This document shows positions 27,613 to 37,000 of a stretch of DNA of 64,000 nucleotides, in pieces. Positions within the stretch are counted from its first letter, which is position 1. Each line of letters begins with the position of its first letter. The stretch is taken from positions 29,368 through 93,367 of the forward strand of contig CALJSB010000027.1 of the NCBI GenBank assembly GCA_937976305.1, read 5' to 3'. A program made the position numbers and the translations under genes. The notes beneath the pieces are model-generated. The model worked only from the letters and a program-made list of their open reading frames with translations, was not told the DNA's origin and made no database searches. The stretch is from an uncultured Acidimicrobiales bacterium. Lineage in GTDB: Bacteria; Actinomycetota; Acidimicrobiia; Acidimicrobiales; SZUA-35.

Positions 27613-29859
27613 TCAGGCTTGGCGGAAGAGACGCTGGGGGTTGGGCACGCCGGCCCATGGTCGACTTGTGCGCAACCGCAGATCGATCACGTGGCCGACA
27701 AAGCGCGCACCCTGGCTCAGATCGGCTTTTGAGACGCCCTCAGCCCGGGCCTCGAACCGAAATGGGGTCTGACCAACGCTGAGCTCCGGGTGAGTCGCCA
27801 ATACTTCGACCAAGATCTTGAACCCGTCGGGCTCGAGCAGGCCGAGATCGAGCTGATCAAGACGCACGGCGAAAAACCCTGAAAGCGGATCATCAGTTCG
27901 TCCCAATCGGGACGGAAACAGCACTTGGGTCGAGCGAGACGCGGCCCGAGACAGCAGCGACCGTGAGCGAGAGAGCCCGACGTCAGAGCCACCCGGCATA
28001 CGCCGGCTCGCAACCACCAAGTTGTCGCCAGCACGGATGCCCCGAACGAGGTCGGGCAGTACCTCTGGGGGGTGTTGGAGGTCGCCATCGAGCACGACGG
28101 CTGTCGCTCCACGGGCCGCATTGAAGCCATCGACCACAGCCCCGCCAAGCCCACCCCACCGATCGGCGTCGGTGCGATGGATGAACGACACCGCGCCATC
28201 GCTGGAGGCAAGATCAGCCAGCACCGCTGGGGTTTCGTCGTCGGAGTCGTCAACAAAGATCAGCTCGTATGGCCACGCCGCTACCGCTGCAACCCGATCG
28301 GCGAGCTCCCTGACGTTGGCCGCTTCGTTCCGGGTCGGGACAATGACCGACACCAGATCGACTGAGCGCCGAACCGGCAAGACCGAGCGCACGGCAACCA
28401 CCGGATTGAACGTGAGGAACAGCAGCAGGGCGAGGGCCAGTGCGACGGCAAGGATGCGTTGGTCTTCGACGAGACCAAGCGCGAGTTGCGGGCCAGTCGG
28501 AAGCACAACGAGCGAAGCCATCGCGCTGATGGCAACGAAGCTGCGATTACGACCACCAGCCGTCGTGGGTGCCAGCAACATGAGCCCCCACAACAGGTAC
28601 CAAGGTTGCGTTGTGGGGTGGAGTAGGGCAAAGAGCGTGAGGCTCCAGCCGAGAGCGACCGGCGCCGATTGTTTGCCTGCCACCAGCAGCCAGACGGTGA
28701 CCACGCCGGCAAGCACGAGGCCGGAGGTTCTCGCCACGGCGAGCATCGTGGCCAAGTTGGCACCGGTGACGGTGTGGGCCGCCACCCCGATCACGCTGGT
28801 GACGCTCAGGTATGCCTCGACGGGATCGGCGCCCAACATGGCGTCGACCCAATCCCAACCCCAACCCGTGAGTCGCCCGGCCACACCGATGACGGAGAGT
28901 CCGAGCACTGCGGCGCCGACGGCGCGAAGCACGACCATCACTCGTGATGAAGCCGCTGTCACCCACGGCCACGCCAGGAACGCGACGCCGAGAACTGCAG
29001 GGATCTTGATCGACGCAGCGATAGCGCACAACACGATGCCAACGACCCGAAGCTGTGGCCGCAAACCGATCGCCACTCCGGCCAGCAGCACCGCCAGCAT
29101 CATGGCCTCGTTGTGTGCACCGGAAACAAGGTGGAGCAGGGTGAGCGGGTTGGCGATGGCCAACACCACAGCATCACGCGAGTTGCGCCCGAACCGTTTC
29201 GCCAAGTCGTGTACCGCCACGGCCGACACGATCAGGCCAACGATCGCAAGCCAGCGGAACATGATGACCGACCCAATCACATCGTCGGAGTTCGACGACA
29301 CGAGGGCTGAGACGTGCACAAAGATTGGGCCGTACACCACCGGTGCATCGAGGTAGAGCGGATCGATTGAGTCGAGCACTGCCGAGTCGCCGAGGGCACC
29401 CGGCCCTTCGCTGTAGACGTCAAAGCCCTCATCCGCGAGCTCTCCTTGAGCTGCGTAGGCGTAGACGTCGCGGCTCGCGAGCGGCGGACCAAGCGCAAAG
29501 GGCGCAGCCCACGCACAGATCACGAGCGCGAGCGCCAGCATCGGCACCGGCTCGGACAGCACAACCTTGCGCAGGCTGAGCCAGGCCCGCACCAGCAAAA
29601 TCATGCCGGCGTAGAACAAGCCCAGAGCGACGACGAGGTCGAGCGAGGGCGACACCGGAATCGTCGGCAGCGACCACAGCTGGCCATCTGCCCCCGGCGT
29701 TGCTGCGCCGGCCGCGGCACCACCAATCACGGCGAGCGACGTGGACAAGAAACCACCAACGGCAAGTAGGGCAAGCCGTCGACGAGGGACGGGTCGGCCA
29801 GTTGGCGATGGGGCGATCCCTTCCACGCCGGGATCGTACTGACTCTCCAACCCACGCAC
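27613..29859 (-). CDS. MptA/MptB-type polyprenol-phosphomannose alpha-mannosyltransferase fused to a GT2 (Ppm1/DPM1-like) domain
   Basis: N-terminal part PPLASRDVYAY, YGP, ANPL..LHLVSGAHNE, IK.PA, QPWY; C-terminal part VSVIVPTRNEAANV, FVDDSDD, GLGGAVVDG, DGDLQHPPE, VASR, DPLSGFF, GFKILVE. Confidence 0.85.
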   Translation of the reverse strand: MRGLESQYDPGVEGIAPSPTGRPVPRRRLALLAVGGFLSTSLAVIGGAAAGAATPGADGQLWSLPTIPVSPSLDLVVALGLFYAGMILLVRAWLSLRKVVLSEPVPMLALALVICAWAAPFALGPPLASRDVYAYAAQGELADEGFDVYSEGPGALGDSAVLDSIDPLYLDAPVVYGPIFVHVSALVSSNSDDVIGSVIMFRWLAIVGLIVSAVAVHDLAKRFGRNSRDAVVLAIANPLTLLHLVSGAHNEAMMLAVLLAGVAIGLRPQLRVVGIVLCAIAASIKIPAVLGVAFLAWPWVTAASSRVMVVLRAVGAAVLGLSVIGVAGRLTGWGWDWVDAMLGADPVEAYLSVTSVIGVAAHTVTGANLATMLAVARTSGLVLAGVVTVWLLVAGKQSAPVALGWSLTLFALLHPTTQPWYLLWGLMLLAPTTAGGRNRSFVAISAMASLVVLPTGPQLALGLVEDQRILAVALALALLLFLTFNPVVAVRSVLPVRRSVDLVSVIVPTRNEAANVRELADRVAAVAAWPYELIFVDDSDDETPAVLADLASSDGAVSFIHRTDADRWGGLGGAVVDGFNAARGATAVVLDGDLQHPPEVLPDLVRGIRAGDNLVVASRRMPGGSDVGLSRSRSLLSRAASRSTQVLFPSRLGRTDDPLSGFFAVRLDQLDLGLLEPDGFKILVEVLATHPELSVGQTPFRFEARAEGVSKADLSQGARFVGHVIDLRLRTSRPWAGVPNPQRLFRQA

Positions 29860-29887
29860 GTGGCTCGGCCCGGGAAGGTCCGCCCAG

Positions 29888-29944
29888 TTGACGAACCTAT
29901 GGAGTGTTATATACGTTTATTTACGTTCAAATGCCTTGAACGTA
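29888..29944 (+). promoter_or_regulatory. AT-rich sigma-A-like promoter with a 9-5-9 inverted repeat upstream of the WXG100-like operon
   Basis: TTGACG (29888), 18 nt, TACGTT (29912); then TACGTTCAA-atgcc-TTGAACGTA (29922-29944). Confidence 0.6.
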
Positions 29945-29975
29945 CGAAGCACAACAAACACAAGGGAACAAAATC

Positions 29976-30470
29976 ATGGCGATGCTCGGTGCAACACTCG
30001 AAGATCTGAACCAGCTGGCAACCAAGCTCAGCACAACTGCGGGAGACGTCGGAGCCACTCGGGAGGCAGCGCTCACGCTCACGACCGAAGTTGTTGACGG
30101 CGTGACCACCGCCGCAACCCGCGCCCAGCAGCAGATCACCACCGAAATGGACGCACTCAAGCTGTCGGTGACTGATGCCGTCGCCCAAGCCGACGCCGCC
30201 GACTGGACCGGCAACAACGCACAGCGGTTCCGGGAGTCGGCAGCCGGCTTCGGCGAAGCCATGGGAGCGGCTGAGCAAACAACGGCTGAGACCTTCGAAC
30301 TGTTCCGGGCCTCGGTCGTCGGCATGGCCGAGTCGCTCGATGCGTTTGTGCAGTCGCTGTCCGGGTCCCTCACCGAGGCCGAAAGCGCCGCTGGCGAAAT
30401 GTCTCGGGCCGTCGACGATCAATACAACGGCCTCGACCAGGTCATGAACCATGGCCTCGGCTACCGATAG
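29976..30470 (+). CDS. Elongated WXG100-like protein
   Basis: MAMLGATLEDLNQLA start, central DWTGNNAQRF, all-helical amphipathic sequence, C-terminal YNGLD (YxxxD); RBS AAGGGA. Confidence 0.8.
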   Translation: MAMLGATLEDLNQLATKLSTTAGDVGATREAALTLTTEVVDGVTTAATRAQQQITTEMDALKLSVTDAVAQADAADWTGNNAQRFRESAAGFGEAMGAAEQTTAETFELFRASVVGMAESLDAFVQSLSGSLTEAESAAGEMSRAVDDQYNGLDQVMNHGLGYR

Positions 30471-30845
30471 GTGCCGACCGCATCAGAGTTCGAGCAGTCC
30501 GCGCTCGAACTCGATCGAGCAGCAGAAGACACCGAGTCGTTGGTGGCCGGGGCCCGAGAACTGTTTGGCGAGAACGTGCTCAGCGGTGGAGGGCTCAGTC
30601 GCCTCGTCGAGTCAACGATCGACGTGACCGAACGGACGACTACTTCGACAGCAGCTGAGCTTCGCGAGTTGGCGAACGAGTGCCGATCCCGAGCGTCGGA
30701 GTGTCGTGCCTATGCCGCTGAGCTCGCGGCGTACAACGAACAGCTCGAGGCCTGGCAACGCGAACGCAACGCCCTACCACCAGGTGTCGCACCACCTCGC
30801 CGGCCAACCCGGCCAAGCCGCCCCGCTTCGTGGGTCGAGATCTGA
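30471..30845 (+). CDS. Small helical WXG100/LXG-like partner protein
   Basis: Abuts the previous stop codon; helix-LSGG-helix layout with a Pro-rich tail. Confidence 0.65.
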   Translation: MPTASEFEQSALELDRAAEDTESLVAGARELFGENVLSGGGLSRLVESTIDVTERTTTSTAAELRELANECRSRASECRAYAAELAAYNEQLEAWQRERNALPPGVAPPRRPTRPSRPASWVEI

Positions 30846-30857
30846 GAGAGATGAGCA

Positions 30858-32726
30858 ATGGGATCAGCGCAACAGGTCGCCATCGACCCAACTGAGGTTC
30901 GACGAAGCGCCGGACAGCTCCGCCTGCGGGCCGACAACGCAGACGACATCAGCGGAGAAGCAACTCGAGCGTTGTTCCGGGCCGGGCTGTCGTCGTCGGC
31001 GCCCTCTGCCCTTTCCGAGGTGGACGAAGAGCTGCACCTGTTGGCCGAAATTCTGGTGCAGCGAGCGAACATGGTCGACAGCAACCAGCTGACGCTCGCC
31101 CTCTACCCCTGGAGCCACGTCGAGCAGTTGTGGGAGTCGCTGGTCGACGGTGATGGTGCCACGGCGATCATCGCGGGCGACAACGCTCTTGTCATTGTGC
31201 GACAACACGCTGACGATCTCGACACCGACGGCGATGGCCTCATCGGGCTGACCGAGCTTCGGGCCGCTGCTGACGACCCAACCCACCCTGCCCTTGCTGC
31301 GGCGGCCACATCGCTCCTTGGGAGTCAGTCCACCCTCGACGCGCTCGTCGCCGCCACCGATGCCGAGATCTTCTTCGTGCCTGAGCTGGCGATCTCGACC
31401 TCCGCCCTCAGCGACCTGTTGGCCACCAACGACACATTGCGGCGGGACGCCGTGACCGCCGCATCCGCGCTGGCGGACGGCAAGACCACCGTCGAGATCG
31501 ACGGCAAGACGGTCGATGCCACGAAGATCGTTGCCGATGCGATCAACAATCAGGTGTTCTCCCACGACGCTGGTTCGGCCTATGAGTTCTTGCAGCTGTT
31601 GCCGAATTCGGCCAGCGGCGTACCCGGATTTTCGATCTTTGCCGCCCAGACCGACACGGTGCAGTCGCTCTACGACGCAGCCATGACCGATGTGGCCGAA
31701 GACGACTTCCTGACTCGATTCTCGATCGTGACGCAGATGCCCGAAACAACCGACGGGATCCGCAACCACTACATCACCGAGCTCTACGCCCTCGCTTCCA
31801 CATCCCTCGAGGGCATGGTCAACCCGGACCAGATGGGTGACCCGACGCAACCCGGCCATGGCGGAACCACCTGGCCCACGTGGGGCGCAGCCGCATCAAA
31901 CACCGTCAAGGGCGCCATTACCGGCGACACGACGATCCTCGGAAGGCCACCAACCAACATTGCCAAGCAGCTCATGGCAGACGGCAACCAAGAGATCGCC
32001 ACGACCATCCTCGGGAAGTACTTCGAGTTCGTCGAGATCTTCGGAGACGGCGACATCACTGACACCAAGGTCACGGACTTTCTCAACAGCTTCGACGAAG
32101 GCGAGCGCGAACTTCAGATTGCGTTTGCGCTCCAACTCGCAGCGATGACGACGGACGACCCGACGGAGAAACAGAAGTTCCAGCTCCAGTCAAACATCGC
32201 CGTCTCGGTCTACGAACAAGCAGTGATCGACGACGAACTCGACTTCAACCGGCTCGAAATCGAAGCGCGGATTGGCGCTCACGCTCTCACGGCCGTCATC
32301 TCGATCGCCTCGGGGGACCTGCCGCCCACATCGAAAAGTGTGGCGGAGATCATGACCGAGCACGGCAAACTCGAGCTCGAAGCCGAGGACGGCGAGGGCA
32401 CCTCTTTCGAGCTCGACGAACCCATCCCCCCGGGCCCGGAAGACAACAACCTCATCGATGACCTCGATCTCAGCGATGAGCTGAACCCGGCGAACTACGA
32501 ACTCAGCGAGATCGACATTCCGGGCATCGAACAGGTCGAACCCGTCTCGGGGATCGACACCACAACTGGACTGTCGGGCAACTCGAACGACTGGACGCAG
32601 CCGTCCACGCCCGTGTCGGACTGGACCACCTATGGCCAGCGAATGTCCGTCGTGGCAGATCTCTTGCACAAGCATCACGTGAATCCCGCCGCCTACGAAA
32701 ACGTCGACGTCATCCTCGATCGCTAG
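30858..32726 (+). CDS. Putative T7SS cargo protein: WXG100-like N-terminus, EF-hand-like motif, uncharacterised C-terminal domain
   Basis: VAIDPTEVRRSAGQL...RA N-terminus; DTDGDGLIGLTE; RNHYITELY...WPTWGAAAS...GNQEI...EQAVI. Confidence 0.7.
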   Translation: MGSAQQVAIDPTEVRRSAGQLRLRADNADDISGEATRALFRAGLSSSAPSALSEVDEELHLLAEILVQRANMVDSNQLTLALYPWSHVEQLWESLVDGDGATAIIAGDNALVIVRQHADDLDTDGDGLIGLTELRAAADDPTHPALAAAATSLLGSQSTLDALVAATDAEIFFVPELAISTSALSDLLATNDTLRRDAVTAASALADGKTTVEIDGKTVDATKIVADAINNQVFSHDAGSAYEFLQLLPNSASGVPGFSIFAAQTDTVQSLYDAAMTDVAEDDFLTRFSIVTQMPETTDGIRNHYITELYALASTSLEGMVNPDQMGDPTQPGHGGTTWPTWGAAASNTVKGAITGDTTILGRPPTNIAKQLMADGNQEIATTILGKYFEFVEIFGDGDITDTKVTDFLNSFDEGERELQIAFALQLAAMTTDDPTEKQKFQLQSNIAVSVYEQAVIDDELDFNRLEIEARIGAHALTAVISIASGDLPPTSKSVAEIMTEHGKLELEAEDGEGTSFELDEPIPPGPEDNNLIDDLDLSDELNPANYELSEIDIPGIEQVEPVSGIDTTTGLSGNSNDWTQPSTPVSDWTTYGQRMSVVADLLHKHHVNPAAYENVDVILDR

Positions 32727-32897
32727 CGGCCGCTGCTGGCCGCGCACCTGAGCTCGAGCACGGGCTGGGCCTCGGACTCTTGGTCGAGCGAGATTGTTGT
32801 TGCGGTAGACCGGCACCGTTGCCGGTGGTAGAAAAACGTCGGGCCAATCGGTGGAGGGAAAGCGGCAGATCGCCGGCCGAGGCCCGGAGGGAACAAC

Positions 32898-34022
32898 GTG
32901 AAGAAGATTCTTTTGGCGATGCTTCTCGTCGCCTCCGCCTTGGTTGCAACCGAGACCTCAGCGTCTGCGGCGTCCTACGACGGCACGACGTACCAGGAGC
33001 TACTACAAGACCCGACGCTGCACAACGAACACTCGATCGTGATCCGGTTCTACGCCGCCGTGTTTGCACGACAGCCAGACAACGACGGCATCCGGTTCTG
33101 GCTCGACCAGTACGACGGCGGTGAATGGTCAACGCGTCGCATCGCTGACTTCTTCGTGACCAGCGACGAGTTCAAAGCGCTGTACGGCGACAACACGTCG
33201 AACGCCCAGTTCGTCGACGCCGTGTACCCGAATGTTCTCGGCCGCCAACCCGACGCCAACGGTCGGTCCTTCTGGATCGGCTTTCTCGACGAGGGCAACA
33301 CTCGAGCCGAGATGGTCCTCCTTGTCTCGAACTCGCCCGAGTTCATCAACGCAAACCCACTGCCGTCCGACGGTCGGCCCATTCCGGCCCCGGTTGATGC
33401 CACTCGAGTCTTTGACGGACTCGTCAACTACAACGGCGTGGCGTTCCCCACCGAGAACGACTTTTCGAAGGGAACAAACGCTTGGTGGTATGCAGGCTAC
33501 GTCAACGTGTTGAGGCAAAAGTTCGACGCGCCACTCAACGCCACCAGTCGCACGCCGGTGGCGGGTGGTTACCAGTACGTCCTGGACACTGGTGACGTTT
33601 TTGAGTTCACCAATCCATCGTTGGACGTCTCCGGGCGACTCGCTCACTTCGATGTCAGCCGCGTGCCCCTCGAAACGCGATCAGCGATCGTCGTCGACGA
33701 GGTTCCCGATCTCGACCTCAGCTTCTTCGCCTACCAGTTCGTCAGCGGAAACGGCCGGATATCGGTCTGGGTGAGGTTCGCTAACGAGTCGGCGAGCAAC
33801 CAAGAATCGTTTGCCACCGAATGGGTACTCACCGATGCATCGGGCAATTCGTCGCTACCAGTCGTCGAATCAGGTTTGTCGGTGATACCAGCCGGCGGTA
33901 TCCGCGACGAGATCGCCATCTTCGAGTCAGACGCCGCAAAGGGGGGCACCGTCACCCTCGATGTGCAGTTCCAGGTCAACGGTCAGACCAACACCCGGAC
34001 CTTGACCCTCGACTTCGGCTAG
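32898..34022 (+). CDS. Secreted DUF4214-domain protein
   Basis: Signal peptide; RFYAAVFARQPDNDGIRFW...FVTSDEF...YPNVLGRQPDANGRSFW...SPEF; RBS GGAGGG. Confidence 0.82.
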   Translation: MKKILLAMLLVASALVATETSASAASYDGTTYQELLQDPTLHNEHSIVIRFYAAVFARQPDNDGIRFWLDQYDGGEWSTRRIADFFVTSDEFKALYGDNTSNAQFVDAVYPNVLGRQPDANGRSFWIGFLDEGNTRAEMVLLVSNSPEFINANPLPSDGRPIPAPVDATRVFDGLVNYNGVAFPTENDFSKGTNAWWYAGYVNVLRQKFDAPLNATSRTPVAGGYQYVLDTGDVFEFTNPSLDVSGRLAHFDVSRVPLETRSAIVVDEVPDLDLSFFAYQFVSGNGRISVWVRFANESASNQESFATEWVLTDASGNSSLPVVESGLSVIPAGGIRDEIAIFESDAAKGGTVTLDVQFQVNGQTNTRTLTLDFG

Positions 34023-34044
34023 CCCGTATCGCTGGCAGCGAAGC

Positions 34045-37000
34045 TCACGCAGCCAACTGCACGACGGCGACTCGGCCGCGGTCAACGATGACCGACCGGC
34101 CAACCGGCGCGTCGCGCAGGTCGGGGATGACGACCCGACAGATCTCTCCGTCGCGGCTCGTCGGGTTCACCAACATCACGGTGGCGTCGCTCAGCAACTT
34201 GCCGATCCAACTGTCGAACCCCTTTGCCGACCGAGGGCTCGCCGCAATCACCAGCGGCCGGCCCTCGGTGGCAGCCTGCGCGACCAGGGCAACACCCTCA
34301 TCGCGGCCGACGAGATCAGCGTTGCTCACAACCAGCGGGTCACTCGCTGCAAGCCGAGCCTCAATTCGATCGACGACCGCCCCGTGGGGTTCGCTCCCCT
34401 CACCCAGGACGACAAGCGGCCGCCCCGGCCGAACTTCGACCGAGCGCACCTCGAGATCTTCGTCGAGCCCGACAGCGAGCCTGTGGGTTGAGCCGTTGGT
34501 GACAACCTCAGGCAGGTCGGCGAGTGAGACCGTGGGCCCGAGTGTGCGGATCGGACTCGGCACTCCGCCGGCTGGCCGGAGACGGCGAACACGCTCGAGC
34601 CGGGATCGTGACAGGTCAGCAACCATGCCGATGAGTCCTGTGTCGGGATCGACAACGCTCAACGGCGCCCCAAGATTCGGGGCCCCACGGAGACCAAACA
34701 TCGCATAGCTCGATGGGTCTGCCAGATTGTGCAGCAGTCGAGTCGCAAGTCGACTGCGAACCCGGCCAGGTACGTCCCGATCGCTGGCACCAGTCACCAC
34801 GATCGGCGCGCCAGCGGCCAACCCTTCGCGGACCAAGCGTTCGAGCTCCACCGCTGCCTCGGCGCCACCTGCCGCAGCCACACCATCGGCAACGCTGGCC
34901 CAACCCCGAACCACGATCGCTGGTGGCTCACCGCCGTTCCGCACCGCTCGAGCAAGAACGCCAAGGCCCTTCAGAGCTCGCTCCGGCTCCCGGGGGCTGA
35001 GCACATCACCAACGCCAACGAAACTGTTGAGATCATCCAGCCCTCCGAGGCCGTCAAACACGTAGACAGAACGTCGCTGCTCCAGCAGGCCAACAACAGC
35101 GAGACGAATCGAATGCTCAACCGACGCTCGATCGCTCCCGAGAATCAATAGGCCCGACTCGGCGCTCGGCCAAATCAGGGGCAGCCGGCGCCGATGTTCC
35201 GGGTCATCAAGAAGGCCGAACGGAAGATCACCTGGTGCGTGGTCGGCGGCCTCATGCATCGCCACAGCGACATCATCGATCGCCACAGCTGTGAGCGGCT
35301 CGAGCCAGGGTGCACCGGCCCGCACTGCGGTCGAAGCGGACATCGCCGCTGCGATGGTGTCAACCGACGTTTCGGCACCATCATCAACCGCTTCGCACGC
35401 GTGGCCGGCGTTGAGTTCGGCCACGGTGTTGGCGTAGGTCGCAGCGAAGACGGGATCTTCGGCGAAGATTGCCGGATGAAGGACGAAGGGCTCGAACCTC
35501 TGGTCGACCTGCGTCTCACTCACGCTGGCCACCTGCACCTGGGCTAGCCGCTCAGCGCCGATCGCCAGCAGAGCTCGGCCAGGGATGGCCGGCAGTCGCG
35601 CTCCATCTGGCTGGTCGATCACATCGATGCTGTCGTTGCGGTCCTGCACACGGAGGCACACTCGGAGGTTGGTGTTGGCTCGGATCTGACCCGTCACGAC
35701 GCCCGCGGGTCGCTGGGTTGCCAACACGAGGTGAACACCGAGGGACCGTCCTCGGCGGGCGATGTCGACCAGACCGTCGAGGAAGTCGGGCAGCTCGTCG
35801 GCAAGGGTGGCGAACTCGTCAACGATCAGAACCAGCCGGGGAATCTCGACCGCCGCAGCCCGTTCAAGGTCAGATACATCACTTACACCCAACCGACGCA
35901 ACGTGCGTTCACGATCGGTAAGTTCGGCTCGCATGCTCGTCAACGCTCGAGCCGCTTCATCGGCATCAAGGTCGGTGACGACTGCCGCGACATGGGGCAG
36001 CCCGCTCACCGGATCAAAAGCACCTCCGCCCTTGAAGTCGACCAAGACGAACGACAACAACTCGGGCGGCTGGCGGAGGGCCAGGCTCGTCACGAGTGTT
36101 CGCAGAAACTCAGACTTACCCGAGCCGGTGGTTCCTGCCACGAGGGCGTGCGGGCCTTCGGCCACGAGGTCGAGTGAGACAACGCCGCCGGCCCCCATGC
36201 CCACGTCAGCAACGAGACGATCGGGTCGAGCATCCTGCCAACCCGTTTCAAAGTGAGGCGTTCCAAGGTCACCGATGCCGAAACGGTGCGGTAACGCCGT
36301 TGCCCCGTCAGCGGCGAGGGGGTCGACGAATGGGGCAAGCCCACGGGCCCACCCGAGCGCATCGTCGAGCGACAACGTCCATGCAGCCTTGATGAGATCG
36401 ACCGCCCCGCCCGAGAGAGTGCCGCCCGAACGAAGGCGAGCCCCGCCGTCTGCCGTGGCGTCAACCGTTACACCGCACGCTGCGGGCACCAGGGTCGAGG
36501 AGCCAATCCACAGCAAGCGGTGCGCGGTGTCGATACCCGCCAAGGCCTCGGCAAGCCCGCCAGCCCGAGTGGGTTCGACCCCATCGACGATGAGTAGACC
36601 TCCGACGTCAGAGCCCGTCACCTCTGCCAGCAATTCGTCTGTTTCCTCACAACCAACGCCAACACCAGCCAACGAAGGCAGCCACTTGGCCCAGTCCCAC
36701 TCCACCAAACGGTCAGCGGTGGTGATGAGAAACACCGGGAGCGACGCTGGACCATGGCGAACGACCTGTTCGAGCACAGCCCATCGCATCACTGCCATGG
36801 CGGGGCCACGGTCTCCGGTGATGGCCAAACCCATCCCAGCCGAAACGGTCACTGCAATCGGGACATCGCGAAGAGCCACTGCCTCGGGTACCAACTCGAC
36901 AACGGCGGGGTCATCGGTCCCGAACTCAAGAAGCGGCGTGGCCTCTTGCGTTCCCCGGCCGATGCTCACGGTGAGTTCGGCGGCATCGAGCTCTTGCCAG

